Below, piece by piece: positions 44,615 through 54,369 of a stretch of 64,000 bases of DNA. Numbering within the stretch: position 1 is the stretch's first letter; every line of letters begins with the position of its first letter. Source of the stretch: a virus (Duplodnaviria; Caudoviricetes); IMG/VR virus record IMGVR_UViG_2974795854_000001, positions 1 through 64,000 of that record; one strand, written 5' to 3'. The notes under the pieces were generated by a model. The model saw only the letters and a list, made by a program, of their open reading frames with translations, had not been told where the DNA came from and did not search any database. Made by a program: the position numbers and the translations under genes.

Positions 44615-45685
44615 TTGAGTAAAGAAAGATTAGAAGAGGTAATGGCTATTCAGTCAGAGTCCTACGAAACACAAAACATGATAGACTTTATCTCAAACGA
44701 GTTTGAAGCTATCTCAGCAGACGATCCTGACAATTACTGTATTGTAATTGAGGACGAGAACATTTACATAACTAAAGGTTATGCAGACACTTATCCATGC
44801 GTTGTAGCCCACACGGATACAGTACACGAAATACAGTCTGATATGACAGTATTCGACGACGGTATAACAATGTTCGCAATGAACATGAGAAAGGGCTTGC
44901 AAATGGGTATAGGAGGAGATGACAAGGTTGGTATTTATATAGCCTTAGAAGCCTTAAGAAACAATGACTACATGAAGGTAGCCTTCTTTAGAGATGAAGA
45001 AATGGGGTGTCTAGGTTCAATGGATGCGGACATGAAGTTCTTTAAAGATGTAGAGTTTGTTCTACAATGTGATAGGCAGGGATATAAAGACTTCGTAACA
45101 GAGATATACGGAGTAGTTCTATTAGACGAGGCATTCTCCAACGCAGTTTCAGGCATACTTGAAAAGTACGGAAAAATAGAGACTACAAAAGGAGGTATGA
45201 CAGATGTATACCAACTATGCCTAAACGGTTTAGAGGTTTGCTCTGCAAATATATCATGTGGGTACTATAGGCCACATTGTGATGATGAGGTTATTATAAT
45301 AGAGGATGTATTTAGGACTAGAGATTTAGTAGACGAAATAATAAAGTCTCTCTCTGGAACAGTTTGGAGAAACTCTCTAAAGAGTAAATCTAGATACCCT
45401 AAATCTTACAGAGAAGAAGAGTTACCGGAGAAGTTTGATAATGGGTACTTTAATAAGAAAGGTAATTGGGTAGAGTTTAGCAGTAGTAAATCTTCTGAAA
45501 AAGAGTATCCCAGTAGTAGCCAAGAAGAGAATCCATTTAACTCAAACGGAGAGCCTATAGGTCTAATGTGCCTTTGCGAACAATGCGACGGAATTGACCT
45601 AATGTACGATGCAAACGAAGACGCTGATTGGTGCTTCTCATGCGGAGAGTATACAAATAAGTATAACAATTTCCAAGAAAGATAA
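44615..45685 (+). CDS. M20/M28-family zinc peptidase with C-terminal Zn ribbon
   Basis: VAHTDTVH, GGDDKVG, FFRDEEMGCLGS, QCDRQG, SCGYYRPH; CEQC...CFSC. Confidence 0.85.
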   Translation: MSKERLEEVMAIQSESYETQNMIDFISNEFEAISADDPDNYCIVIEDENIYITKGYADTYPCVVAHTDTVHEIQSDMTVFDDGITMFAMNMRKGLQMGIGGDDKVGIYIALEALRNNDYMKVAFFRDEEMGCLGSMDADMKFFKDVEFVLQCDRQGYKDFVTEIYGVVLLDEAFSNAVSGILEKYGKIETTKGGMTDVYQLCLNGLEVCSANISCGYYRPHCDDEVIIIEDVFRTRDLVDEIIKSLSGTVWRNSLKSKSRYPKSYREEELPEKFDNGYFNKKGNWVEFSSSKSSEKEYPSSSQEENPFNSNGEPIGLMCLCEQCDGIDLMYDANEDADWCFSCGEYTNKYNNFQER

Positions 45686-45717
45686 AAAACACTATCAAAT
45701 CAAAAAAAAGAAGTATA

Positions 45718-47043
45718 ATGAGTATAGATAAAAAATACATAGCTAGAGATTTTATGATTGAGCTTATGTCTCACCACGGAAATCCAAAAGTAGGTAAGTT
45801 AGTAGAGCACTTGGTTGACATATACCACCAAGAAGCACCGGACGATGTTGACGGGATAAAGTGTATAGATATAGATGCAATGGGAGTTATGAGATTCCTA
45901 CCCAAAGGCAAAGAAGTTAAGTTAATTGCAGGAGGGGCGGCCTACTCAAACGAGGATAGGCAAGAAGGTAGGTATGGTAAAATCTTATCTAAGATAATGA
46001 AAGAGAGAGGTAAGGAAGGCCTTTTAGTACTTAGCGAGTTAGAGGCTCTAGTAAACTTAATTAAGGCTAAGTATAAATTAGAAGGTTCTTTTAAAGTCTT
46101 ATCAGGAGAGGATATAAGATGGGCATACTTAGAAGATAACTACGACGAGTCTGGATTTAATACAGGTACTCTAGAAAGCTCTTGTATGAGGTATGAATAT
46201 TGCCAAGATGCCTGTAGTATATACGTAGACAACTCAGATCATTGTAGTATATTAGTCCTATTGAGTGACGATAATAAGGTGAGAGGTAGAGCCTTGGTTT
46301 GGGAATGTTCAGAGGGTCGTACTTGGCTAGATAGAATCTATGCAAATGACCATATAACAGAGGCCTTTAAGATATACGCTAAAGGCAAAGGTTGGAGTCA
46401 CAAAGAGTACCAAAACCGTGGAACAAATAACTCTTGGGTGAATCCTGACGGTTCTGTTACACAAGATGAGGTTACTATACCATTAAGTGAAGTATCTTAC
46501 TCAGTGTACCCTTACATGGACACGTTCTCTTATGTATATACAGACGGGGCTAAGAACTTCTCTTCCATTTTTGCAAGCTCAATATTTTTCGCACAAGAAG
46601 AGCCGGATCAACAAATGGGACAAGTTTGGGATGACATCGACGAGTGCAATATAAGCGAGGAAGATGCAATATACTTAGATTACAGAGAAATATACACCCA
46701 TGTTTATAATTGTTCAGAGGTAGGTGGTGAATACTACTTAAGCGAGGATGTTGTGTCAATAACTAGGACAGGGACAATGTACGCAAAAAACTATTATAAA
46801 GATGACGACGAGATAGCCTTCTGCGAACATAGGTTAGAGTACGTCCACTTAGATGACTACTCTGTTTGTGAGTGGAGCGAAACACTTAAACCTAACGACG
46901 AAATAGAGTACTTAGAAGACTTAGACGTTAACGTACATACAAAATACATAGACGAAGTTTACGAAGATAGGGGTTGGTTTAAAAACTCCGACGGAGATTG
47001 GGTAGAAGAGTTAGAGGAAGACGAAGTAGAAGAAGAAGCATAA
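45718..47043 (+). CDS. conserved phage protein (SCM...RALVW...DRIY motif) with acidic Cys/His-repeat tail
   Basis: LESSCMRY, RGRALVW, WLDRIY, YPYMDTF. Confidence 0.6.
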   Translation: MSIDKKYIARDFMIELMSHHGNPKVGKLVEHLVDIYHQEAPDDVDGIKCIDIDAMGVMRFLPKGKEVKLIAGGAAYSNEDRQEGRYGKILSKIMKERGKEGLLVLSELEALVNLIKAKYKLEGSFKVLSGEDIRWAYLEDNYDESGFNTGTLESSCMRYEYCQDACSIYVDNSDHCSILVLLSDDNKVRGRALVWECSEGRTWLDRIYANDHITEAFKIYAKGKGWSHKEYQNRGTNNSWVNPDGSVTQDEVTIPLSEVSYSVYPYMDTFSYVYTDGAKNFSSIFASSIFFAQEEPDQQMGQVWDDIDECNISEEDAIYLDYREIYTHVYNCSEVGGEYYLSEDVVSITRTGTMYAKNYYKDDDEIAFCEHRLEYVHLDDYSVCEWSETLKPNDEIEYLEDLDVNVHTKYIDEVYEDRGWFKNSDGDWVEELEEDEVEEEA

Positions 47044-47067
47044 TAAAATAATAACTAAAACAAATAT

Positions 47068-47340
47068 ATGTATACAGAAAAGTTCGAGGATGTCATTTTA
47101 AAAGACATACACAAGTTAGACAGTACAGGAAACCATTTCGTAAATGGCAAATTAGTTAACCCTTTATTCCACAAAGGTGGAGACATTGGTAGTACCTTTG
47201 ACGATACCGGATTAATACCCTTCCATATCTCAAAAGAGGTGGTGGTTACGGGTAGGATAACGAAGTTTGAATACTTCGATCACGACGCTAGAGAGATGGT
47301 CTACGTAGACCTAAAAAACACTATCAATGGTAGCAACTAG
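47068..47340 (+). CDS. hypothetical protein
   Basis: 90 aa ORF. Confidence 0.6.
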   Translation: MYTEKFEDVILKDIHKLDSTGNHFVNGKLVNPLFHKGGDIGSTFDDTGLIPFHISKEVVVTGRITKFEYFDHDAREMVYVDLKNTINGSN

Positions 47341-47497
47341 TGTAGAGGAGAAAGTAGCTGTCATACAGATTTATATACACCACAAAGTTGATAAAGAGGT
47401 GAATATAAAGCCAGTGCTTCCTAAAGAGGCCCCCTTATTAGAGGTGGCCTACAGGATAGCTAAACAATGGGTAAGGGAAAATATAATAATTAAATAA
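47327..47497 (+). CDS. hypothetical protein, 56 aa
   Basis: MVATSVEEKVAVIQIYIH...; ATG overlaps the last base of AACACTATCAA. Confidence 0.45.
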   Translation: MVATSVEEKVAVIQIYIHHKVDKEVNIKPVLPKEAPLLEVAYRIAKQWVRENIIIK

Positions 47498-47502
47498 AAG
47501 TT

Positions 47503-47889
47503 ATGAAATTAGAGCTATACATGTTCTCAGTAATATACTCAAAATACGACACAGAATTTAAGGATTTTAGTCCGGAGTATCAGTATACTATTGTACATAA
47601 GGTGTACGACTTGTTCAAAAGTAGTGAATACTTTCCTAAGGGCACAGAACACACCTCTATTAGCTCTAATATTGTATCTTGGATAGATTCCCTAGATTGG
47701 AGACAAACTATAGAGTGTGAGTGCGGAAATTGGGAAGAGTTTTCAGTAGATGAGTCTAGATGCAATTCTAAAAGTTTTAAATGGATAAAAGATTGCGCTA
47801 TAGACCCAACTGCTTACTATTCATGCCATTGCTGTAGTCAATCTGTTAAAAGTACGGTAAGACCTAATGAAGTAGAGTACAATGGATAA
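47503..47889 (+). CDS. hypothetical Zn-finger protein
   Basis: ECECG...CHCC. Confidence 0.6.
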   Translation: MKLELYMFSVIYSKYDTEFKDFSPEYQYTIVHKVYDLFKSSEYFPKGTEHTSISSNIVSWIDSLDWRQTIECECGNWEEFSVDESRCNSKSFKWIKDCAIDPTAYYSCHCCSQSVKSTVRPNEVEYNG

Positions 47890-48418
47890 CGAACTTAAGA
47901 TAGAGCTAAACTCCATAAAGGACTACGTTAAAAAGGCGACTGGTCAAGATATATCAACAAGGAGTAGAACTAGAAAAGTGGCTTTTTTAGAGGCACTAAC
48001 TATGTACTACATATTATCTTGCAACTACACCAAAGCTTCTCACGCAGAGATGGGAATGATTGCGGACGGTAGAGATAGAGTATCTGTTTCAAAGATGCTA
48101 CAAAGAAGGGAAGAGAAGGTGCTATATAAGTACGATAGGGTTATAAAATCCTTCAATCCATTCTCTATGAAAATAAGTAAATCTAACTCCTTTTTAAGCG
48201 AGTCTATGAGGTCTTTATACGAAGCTAGGGATAAGCTAGACAAAGAGATTAACGGATTAGAAGACACCGTGAGATTAGAGACAGACTACATATTAAGGCA
48301 GGTTAGAAACGAAAAAGTATTCAATATTCTAATGCAGTTAAAAGGACTGAACTCGGAGCAATTAAGCATCATAGAAGACAGGCTTAAACCAATCATTAGG
48401 ATGTTGCCTAAAAAATAA
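47882..48418 (+). CDS. DnaA domain IV-like HTH protein
   Basis: ISTRSRTRKVAF...MYY...SHAEMG...GRDRVSV resembles the DnaA C-terminal domain. Confidence 0.55.
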   Translation: MDNELKIELNSIKDYVKKATGQDISTRSRTRKVAFLEALTMYYILSCNYTKASHAEMGMIADGRDRVSVSKMLQRREEKVLYKYDRVIKSFNPFSMKISKSNSFLSESMRSLYEARDKLDKEINGLEDTVRLETDYILRQVRNEKVFNILMQLKGLNSEQLSIIEDRLKPIIRMLPKK

Positions 48419-48430
48419 AAGTAATAAATT

Positions 48431-48862
48431 ATGCGATTATTCATATTATTATCCGTAGTTTTGTTCAGCGTTGAGTCTCAGGCAGCGGATTTAGACAAGA
48501 TAATAGAGGCTTTAAAGTATATCGAATCCAACAATAACCCAGATGCAATAGGCGACAATGGGAAATCATTCGGGATACTACAAATACAAAAGGCTTGTGT
48601 TAAAGACGTAAACAGGAGGTTCGGAACATCATACAGGCATAAGGATATGTTTAACGTAGAGTGTGCCGAAGAAGTGTTCAAGTTATATGCCACCATTGGT
48701 ATAGAGAGATACCTAAAGAGGTACGGTAAAAGTCCTACGGCAGAGGTTATAGTAAGAAACCATAACGGAGGTGTGTACCAAGGCTATAAAATAGAGGCCA
48801 CTAAAGGGTATTACAGGAAATACAAAAAAGTAAGAGAAAAACTAGACAGTAGAATCAATTAA
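48431..48862 (+). CDS. exported lysozyme-fold muralytic enzyme (SLT/i-type-like)
   Basis: Signal peptide; ALKYIESNNNPDAIGDNG.SFGILQI; RNHNGG. Confidence 0.8.
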   Translation: MRLFILLSVVLFSVESQAADLDKIIEALKYIESNNNPDAIGDNGKSFGILQIQKACVKDVNRRFGTSYRHKDMFNVECAEEVFKLYATIGIERYLKRYGKSPTAEVIVRNHNGGVYQGYKIEATKGYYRKYKKVREKLDSRIN

Positions 48863-48876
48863 TTAAATTTAAAATT

Positions 48877-49284
48877 ATGGCAAAAATTAAAGTAGACAAG
48901 ACGAAAACACCAACTATCTTAGAACACCTAGGATACACGGACGAGGAGGCAGTTGAGGTATTAACTAGATCTCAGAAGTTCATAGCAAGTAAGATAGACA
49001 TCTTGCTTCAAGACACAAGCAACTTAGATACGACAGATATCTTCAACGACTTCCACTTAGACTTCGATGAAAAAGAGAGAGATTTAGTCTTGTGCCAGTT
49101 ATTAGCATCTATGACAGAGCAGGGTTTGATGGCCGCTGCAAGAGAGAAAGAGATTATGGGAGCTATGCAGCTACTAGTTGGAGACGAGGTTGTAGACATA
49201 GACGCCAATGGAGGGGTAAGCTTCGTATCGCCTTCAAAAAAAGGTTGTGATAAAGGAGATTGTGACGACTGCGGTTGTGACTAA
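48877..49284 (+). CDS. hypothetical protein with Cys-rich tail
   Basis: C-terminus GCDKGDCDDCGCD. Confidence 0.6.
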   Translation: MAKIKVDKTKTPTILEHLGYTDEEAVEVLTRSQKFIASKIDILLQDTSNLDTTDIFNDFHLDFDEKERDLVLCQLLASMTEQGLMAAAREKEIMGAMQLLVGDEVVDIDANGGVSFVSPSKKGCDKGDCDDCGCD

Positions 49285-49294
49285 TTAAAAAGAC

Positions 49295-49436
49295 TTCCTT
49301 AGAAGACAGATGGTTATAGTCTATGATTAAGGCCGAAGTACAAGGCTTTATAGAAATGTAAACTGAGCCTGCTTATAACGAGATATATAGTTATGAGTAG
49401 GCTTTTACACGGAGGTTCGAATCCTCCCTAAGGAAC
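49295..49436 (+). ncRNA. tRNA-like RNA with the anticodon arm replaced by two helices
   Basis: Acceptor TTCCTTAG/CTAAGGAA, D arm GAC-AGATGGTTATA-GTC, T arm GGAGG-TTCGAAT-CCTCC; 14-bp helix 49366-49403. Confidence 0.7.
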
Positions 49437-49462
49437 AATATAAATCAATTAAATCAATAAGA

Positions 49463-50866
49463 ATGGTAACAGGAAACACTCTGATTAAATTAGGGTACAA
49501 GCCAAGTAAATGGTTTGGAGAAGCTATTGACGAGCTTAATGCCCAAGAGAAACAATTTCTAAAAATATTAGGCAGAAAGTTAACGGATGACGAAATAATA
49601 TTTTCGTGTAATAAGTACTTACCTCCCCCAACTATAGGACTACATAAAGATCCTGTGAGTTACACTATCAACATTTTACCAACCAACGAAAAGGAGCGAA
49701 ACAATGTAGATTTAGTAAAGATGTCCATGGACAGCTTGATGAAGACTCCTACAATTGTAGACGGAACTATAATGCCGGATGCATGCCCCACGGGGAAGTT
49801 AGGGCAGATACCAGTAGGTTCTGTAGTAGTAACTAAGAACGCAATCCACCCCGGTTTTCATTCAGCAGATATTTGCTGCTCTGTGTACGCCACGGAGTTT
49901 GCCGAAGGAGTTAAACCAAAGGATGTCATGGATATTGCATTTGAGACGACTCAATTTGGCCCCGGAGGTAGGAGAGGATTAGGAGGTTGGTCATCTATAT
50001 TAGATGGAGAGTCTCTACTTACAAGTAGAATAGAAGAAAACTACTTCACTAAAGATTACATAGAGAAGGCTAGGATGCACATGGGAACACAAGGAGATGG
50101 TAACCATTTCTTATTCGTAGGAGTGTCAGAAGCTACCGGAAGAACGATGATGGTAACGCACCATGGGTCTAGAGGATTCGGTTCTAGTGTCTATAAAAAA
50201 GGGATGCATACTGCAGAGAGATTTAGAAAGCAATTAAGCCCTAAAACAGCCCCGATGAATGCTTGGATACCTTTTGAAGAAAAGGAGGGAGAATTGTACT
50301 GGGAGGCCTTGCAGATACTAAGAGACTGGACTAAATTAAACCACTCTTCTATACACAATAGGGTAGCAAACAAATTGAAGACTACTCCAATAAGATCTTT
50401 TTGGAATGAGCACAATTTTGTATTCAAGGACGGAGATAAGTTCTACCATGCCAAAGGCGCAACTCCTTTAGATGACAAGTTTGTACCGGATTCTACGGAG
50501 GGCCTAAGGCTAATACCTTTAAACATGGCAGAGCCTATACTAGTAGTAAAAGGAAAAACTACAAGAACTAACTTAGGATTTGCTCCACACGGTGCAGGTA
50601 GAAATGTAAGTAGGGCAGCACATAAGAGAAGTTTATCAGCCAAGAGCAACCCTCAGATATTCAAAGACGAGACTGCAGGCCTAGACATAAGATTCTTCTC
50701 AGGAGAGATAGATATCTCTGAGTTGCCATCCGCTTATAAGAACGCAGATACAGTACAAGACCAAATGGAGAGTTTTGGACTAGGAGACGTATTAGATAAG
50801 ATAATGCCTTACGGAAGTATAATGGCAGGTGATTACGACAGATTTAAACCTTGGAAAAAGAAATAA
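49463..50866 (+). CDS. rtcB: RtcB family RNA ligase
   Basis: MPDACP, SADICC, HMGTQGDGNHF, VTHHGSRG, WNEHN, YHAKGATP, APHGAGR, ELPSAYK. Confidence 0.93.
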   Translation: MVTGNTLIKLGYKPSKWFGEAIDELNAQEKQFLKILGRKLTDDEIIFSCNKYLPPPTIGLHKDPVSYTINILPTNEKERNNVDLVKMSMDSLMKTPTIVDGTIMPDACPTGKLGQIPVGSVVVTKNAIHPGFHSADICCSVYATEFAEGVKPKDVMDIAFETTQFGPGGRRGLGGWSSILDGESLLTSRIEENYFTKDYIEKARMHMGTQGDGNHFLFVGVSEATGRTMMVTHHGSRGFGSSVYKKGMHTAERFRKQLSPKTAPMNAWIPFEEKEGELYWEALQILRDWTKLNHSSIHNRVANKLKTTPIRSFWNEHNFVFKDGDKFYHAKGATPLDDKFVPDSTEGLRLIPLNMAEPILVVKGKTTRTNLGFAPHGAGRNVSRAAHKRSLSAKSNPQIFKDETAGLDIRFFSGEIDISELPSAYKNADTVQDQMESFGLGDVLDKIMPYGSIMAGDYDRFKPWKKK

Positions 50867-50881
50867 TAAAACACTATCAAC

Positions 50882-51619
50882 ATGAAACAAATAATAAAAA
50901 AAGCGAGTAGATTAGCATCATTTTTAGCAAGAGGTAGGTCAGGAGGACTAACATCGGAGGACAGTAAGAAGTTTATGGAGTCTCTTTTAAGGGATTACTC
51001 AGATGCATTAGACAAAGACCCTGATAAATTGACAGAAGCTATAGGTAAATTAATGGCGTTCTCTATCACCATGGCATGCTCTAAAAACTTAGACGATAGA
51101 ATAATGGTTTTAATAGAAGAGTCTCAAGATTCTTTAGAGAGTATGATGCACAGAGGTTCAATCTTAAGGTCAGAAGACAACGGGCTATTGAGAGGCGTAG
51201 ATTATATGCCTTTAAATATGCTTAAGGTAAACAACAGGATTAGTGGGTCGGAAGTAGATACGTATATAAAAAAGGTGTTTGGGGATGCAAAAGTAGTAAA
51301 CTGCATGCTTAACTCTATACCTGTCACCCTAAACGACGATAATGTAGTAAAAGGATCGTCAGGATATTGGTCTCAATCGAAGATAGGTGTTTTAAGAGCT
51401 AAGTTAATGACTAAAGAAGGCACTATGGCCGAGGTTATCGAGTTCAAAGATAATAAAGACCCTTATATTTCAATCTTACTAGATAGGGAATTAATCTCTA
51501 GGAGTGAGTCTCAAAGATACCTTGAAGGAGACCTAGAGACTATAAACTCTTTAAAGGGTATCAGAAGAGCAGTAAAAGAAGAAATATACAAAGCGGCATA
51601 TAGCTACTATAATCTTTAA
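50882..51619 (+). CDS. hypothetical protein
   Basis: 245 aa; ATG 1 nt after AACACTATCAA. Confidence 0.65.
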   Translation: MKQIIKKASRLASFLARGRSGGLTSEDSKKFMESLLRDYSDALDKDPDKLTEAIGKLMAFSITMACSKNLDDRIMVLIEESQDSLESMMHRGSILRSEDNGLLRGVDYMPLNMLKVNNRISGSEVDTYIKKVFGDAKVVNCMLNSIPVTLNDDNVVKGSSGYWSQSKIGVLRAKLMTKEGTMAEVIEFKDNKDPYISILLDRELISRSESQRYLEGDLETINSLKGIRRAVKEEIYKAAYSYYNL

Positions 51620-51624
51620 ATTAA

Positions 51625-51789
51625 ATGAACGGAAGTAAATATATAAGCAGCTATAGATGGTTTGCATGGCACCCAGTTAGGTGCATTGAAGGTAAGTGGC
51701 ACTGGCTAAAGATGATTACTAAAGAGGTCGATGAACGGCCTGTAGTCTATCTTGGCCTTTTGCCAGATATTAAATACATAGATTTTTAA
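51625..51789 (+). CDS. small Trp-rich protein, 54 aa
   Basis: RWFAWHPVRCIEGKWHWLK, a motif type common in small phage proteins. Confidence 0.55.
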   Translation: MNGSKYISSYRWFAWHPVRCIEGKWHWLKMITKEVDERPVVYLGLLPDIKYIDF

Positions 51790-51806
51790 AAATTAAACCT
51801 GATAAC

Positions 51807-52430
51807 ATGGAGTATAGAAAGGGAAAAGTAGTAATGCTACCGACAGAAGGAAAGTCACAAATTGTAGCACATATGAACAGTAAGAATTTATACTACTATG
51901 ATAATGTTAGAGAAGCAAATGAAAAGAGGCAGTATACAAATCAAGACCTCTACATAACTGTAGATGAGGAGATTAAAGAAGGCTCTAGTGTACTCTATAA
52001 TAAGACAGAGGTACTTCAAGTACAAATGGTAACTAAAGAGTCCTACCATTTTACAAATGGAGAATACGAAATGAAAACTAATATATTTTCATTAGATAAA
52101 ATAATATCGTCAACAAATAAATCATTAGGTTTACCCTCGACACCACAGTCATTCGTCAAGGATTATTGTAAGATTGGCGGTATTGATGAGGTGTTGGTAG
52201 AGTACGAAAACTTCTGTACTAGCGAAGTAAATCAACACCCTAATCCTAAACTTAGGCAAAGGGTTGTGTGCCACAATTGCAGTGAGGATTGCAATTTAAT
52301 ACTTAACATAGATCCGGTACACAACACTATCACAATATTAGAAGTAAAACAATCCTACTCTATTCAAGAAGTCCTTGACTTAATTGAACTGCACGGAGAG
52401 GGAAAAATAAGACAGTTATATGGAAGATAA
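51807..52430 (+). CDS. hypothetical protein
   Basis: 207 aa; QDLYITVDEEIKEG, KIISSTNKSLGLP. Confidence 0.65.
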   Translation: MEYRKGKVVMLPTEGKSQIVAHMNSKNLYYYDNVREANEKRQYTNQDLYITVDEEIKEGSSVLYNKTEVLQVQMVTKESYHFTNGEYEMKTNIFSLDKIISSTNKSLGLPSTPQSFVKDYCKIGGIDEVLVEYENFCTSEVNQHPNPKLRQRVVCHNCSEDCNLILNIDPVHNTITILEVKQSYSIQEVLDLIELHGEGKIRQLYGR

Positions 52431-52827
52431 TTTAGATTCAGAGTTAGCAAAATTAGTAAAGAAAGGTATAGAGGTGGCGGAGTCTACAGGTGACTTTGTA
52501 ATAGAGCAGGCACCAATCCTGTTGCAAGAGTTTTATAGGTGGCATATAGCCTCGGAATCTTTAGGGATAGCTTTTTCATTCTTATACCTTTTCATAGCAT
52601 ACAAGATATTTATTTTATTAGGAAGGAAGGAGAAGTCTAGTCGATACAACAGCCTAATTGTGGGAAGGTATTATGAAAAGGAAGGCCCTATGTTTACCCT
52701 CCTTTGTATTTTTACAACAATTGTAGCGACTACATCACTTTACAGTTTAGTTGACGGATTGTACAACCTTTTAAAGGTTATAATTGCACCAAGACTCTAT
52801 CTAATAGAGTACTTTATTAACCAATAA
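52420..52827 (+). CDS. membrane protein
   Basis: Two hydrophobic segments; IIAPRLYLIEY. Confidence 0.65.
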   Translation: MEDNLDSELAKLVKKGIEVAESTGDFVIEQAPILLQEFYRWHIASESLGIAFSFLYLFIAYKIFILLGRKEKSSRYNSLIVGRYYEKEGPMFTLLCIFTTIVATTSLYSLVDGLYNLLKVIIAPRLYLIEYFINQ

Positions 52828-52838
52828 AACAACGAGGT

Positions 52839-53987
52839 ATGAAAAAAGGAATAGATGTAAAAGTAAGGGATGTATTAGAAAACAGCTCGGTCGCTTATAG
52901 CGTATTAGAGTTCTGTGTAAAAGACACTTGTAGAGGTCTAGATATGTCTAATTTACTAGATAGGCCATTATCCTCAGTAATATTCTCTAAAATAAATTGG
53001 GGGAAGTGTTTAGACCATGGTATAGGTTGGGCTTCGATATACCCTCTCACCACGGATTCAGAAACAGACGTACTGACTATGATAAGTAGTATACTAGATC
53101 AGTACAAGCTTGGTAAAGAGGAGACAGGGAAGGATATTGTACAAGGGGTAAAAGAGCCCGAAACTACAATCACTCTTGAAGATTTAATTAAGGTAGCTAA
53201 AGAAAGGTACCCAGAAGGTACTCCCTACATTCCGCTATCATTCGGGAATAATGCATCTCCACGTGTATCTAAAGGAGATATATCCGGAGGTTTTTCAAAC
53301 AATGTATGGGAGGTCAATGTATCTGGATACATATATAGAAATGGCAAGTGGGCTGAAATATTAGACAAAAAAGAAACTAAAGAAGAGACCTTAAAAAAGA
53401 ACTTAGAAAAAGCCAAGAAATTCTACAAAAAAGGAGTAGTATACAGGTCTGTTAGAGGTTTCAGTGGTATGGAAGGAGTTACAGTTACGTCTAACGGAGA
53501 GATAAAGTCTAACAATAAAGGGGATATTTGGACGTATAACCAGAAAGGATTCCTCTACAGCAATGGAAAATGGGCTGATATAGTAAATAATCCGGAAAAA
53601 GAGACGAAAACCTCGACCAAAGACGTTAATTTAGAAATAGCCACGGAGTTCTACAAAAAAGGGGTGGTATACAAACCTATTAGAAGTGTCGTTAGTATGG
53701 AAGGGTCGGTAATTAAGTCTAACGGAGAGATAAGGACTAATAATAGAGGAGATATTTGGACGTGTAGCCAGAAAGGGTACATCTACCACAATGGAAGATG
53801 GGCTGATGTAATAACCGATAAAGAGGTGCCGGTATATGGAAACCCTTTTGAAGAGATTTTTAAAAGTTCAGGTAAATCATTTATAGAAAGTCCTAACACA
53901 CCGACTCCTACCACCGTAGGCCACAAAGACATGGAGATGTCTGACGTCAAACTTAAAAAAATTAGAAAATCAAAATTGAAATATTAA
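52839..53987 (+). CDS. hypothetical protein with three about 80-aa repeats
   Basis: AK..YP.G/FYKKGVVY ... SNGEI..NN.GDIWT..QKG.(L/I)Y.NG.WAD. Confidence 0.7.
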   Translation: MKKGIDVKVRDVLENSSVAYSVLEFCVKDTCRGLDMSNLLDRPLSSVIFSKINWGKCLDHGIGWASIYPLTTDSETDVLTMISSILDQYKLGKEETGKDIVQGVKEPETTITLEDLIKVAKERYPEGTPYIPLSFGNNASPRVSKGDISGGFSNNVWEVNVSGYIYRNGKWAEILDKKETKEETLKKNLEKAKKFYKKGVVYRSVRGFSGMEGVTVTSNGEIKSNNKGDIWTYNQKGFLYSNGKWADIVNNPEKETKTSTKDVNLEIATEFYKKGVVYKPIRSVVSMEGSVIKSNGEIRTNNRGDIWTCSQKGYIYHNGRWADVITDKEVPVYGNPFEEIFKSSGKSFIESPNTPTPTTVGHKDMEMSDVKLKKIRKSKLKY

Positions 53988-54006
53988 CTAAGTAAATTAT
54001 ATAATT

Positions 54007-54357
54007 ATGAGTAAAACAAAAACAACAGCAGAGTCCTTCTTAGAAAGTTTTAAAGCGTTTTTAAAAGGAGACGACGATTCAGTACTAGCGGGAAAAGCTT
54101 ACAGACAAGCACAAAGCTCTTTAAAATCTCATATCTCCTCTTACGAAGGTGATACAATAGACTTTGAAGACATGGTAACAAAGAGTAAAGAGCATTTAGA
54201 AGGCTCTAAAGTAAACTTTGGAAACCCTATCTCAGATAGAAAGGATTACATTACAGCGTTACTAACAGCTAAGAACAACTTAACGGAAGCAGAGCAAAAT
54301 CTACAAGATCATTTAGATAAGATAAGCTTCTTGAGAGATGTTTTAGACAACCAGTAA
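54007..54357 (+). CDS. coiled-coil hypothetical protein
   Basis: 116 aa helical ORF. Confidence 0.65.
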   Translation: MSKTKTTAESFLESFKAFLKGDDDSVLAGKAYRQAQSSLKSHISSYEGDTIDFEDMVTKSKEHLEGSKVNFGNPISDRKDYITALLTAKNNLTEAEQNLQDHLDKISFLRDVLDNQ

Positions 54358-54369
54358 TCAATCTGGTAA

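Noticed and set aside
49295-49436. tRNA-Sec (8/5 fold with long variable arm)
   Set aside because: No UCA anticodon in a 7-nt loop, and the D arm is not Sec-type; no selA/selB in the window
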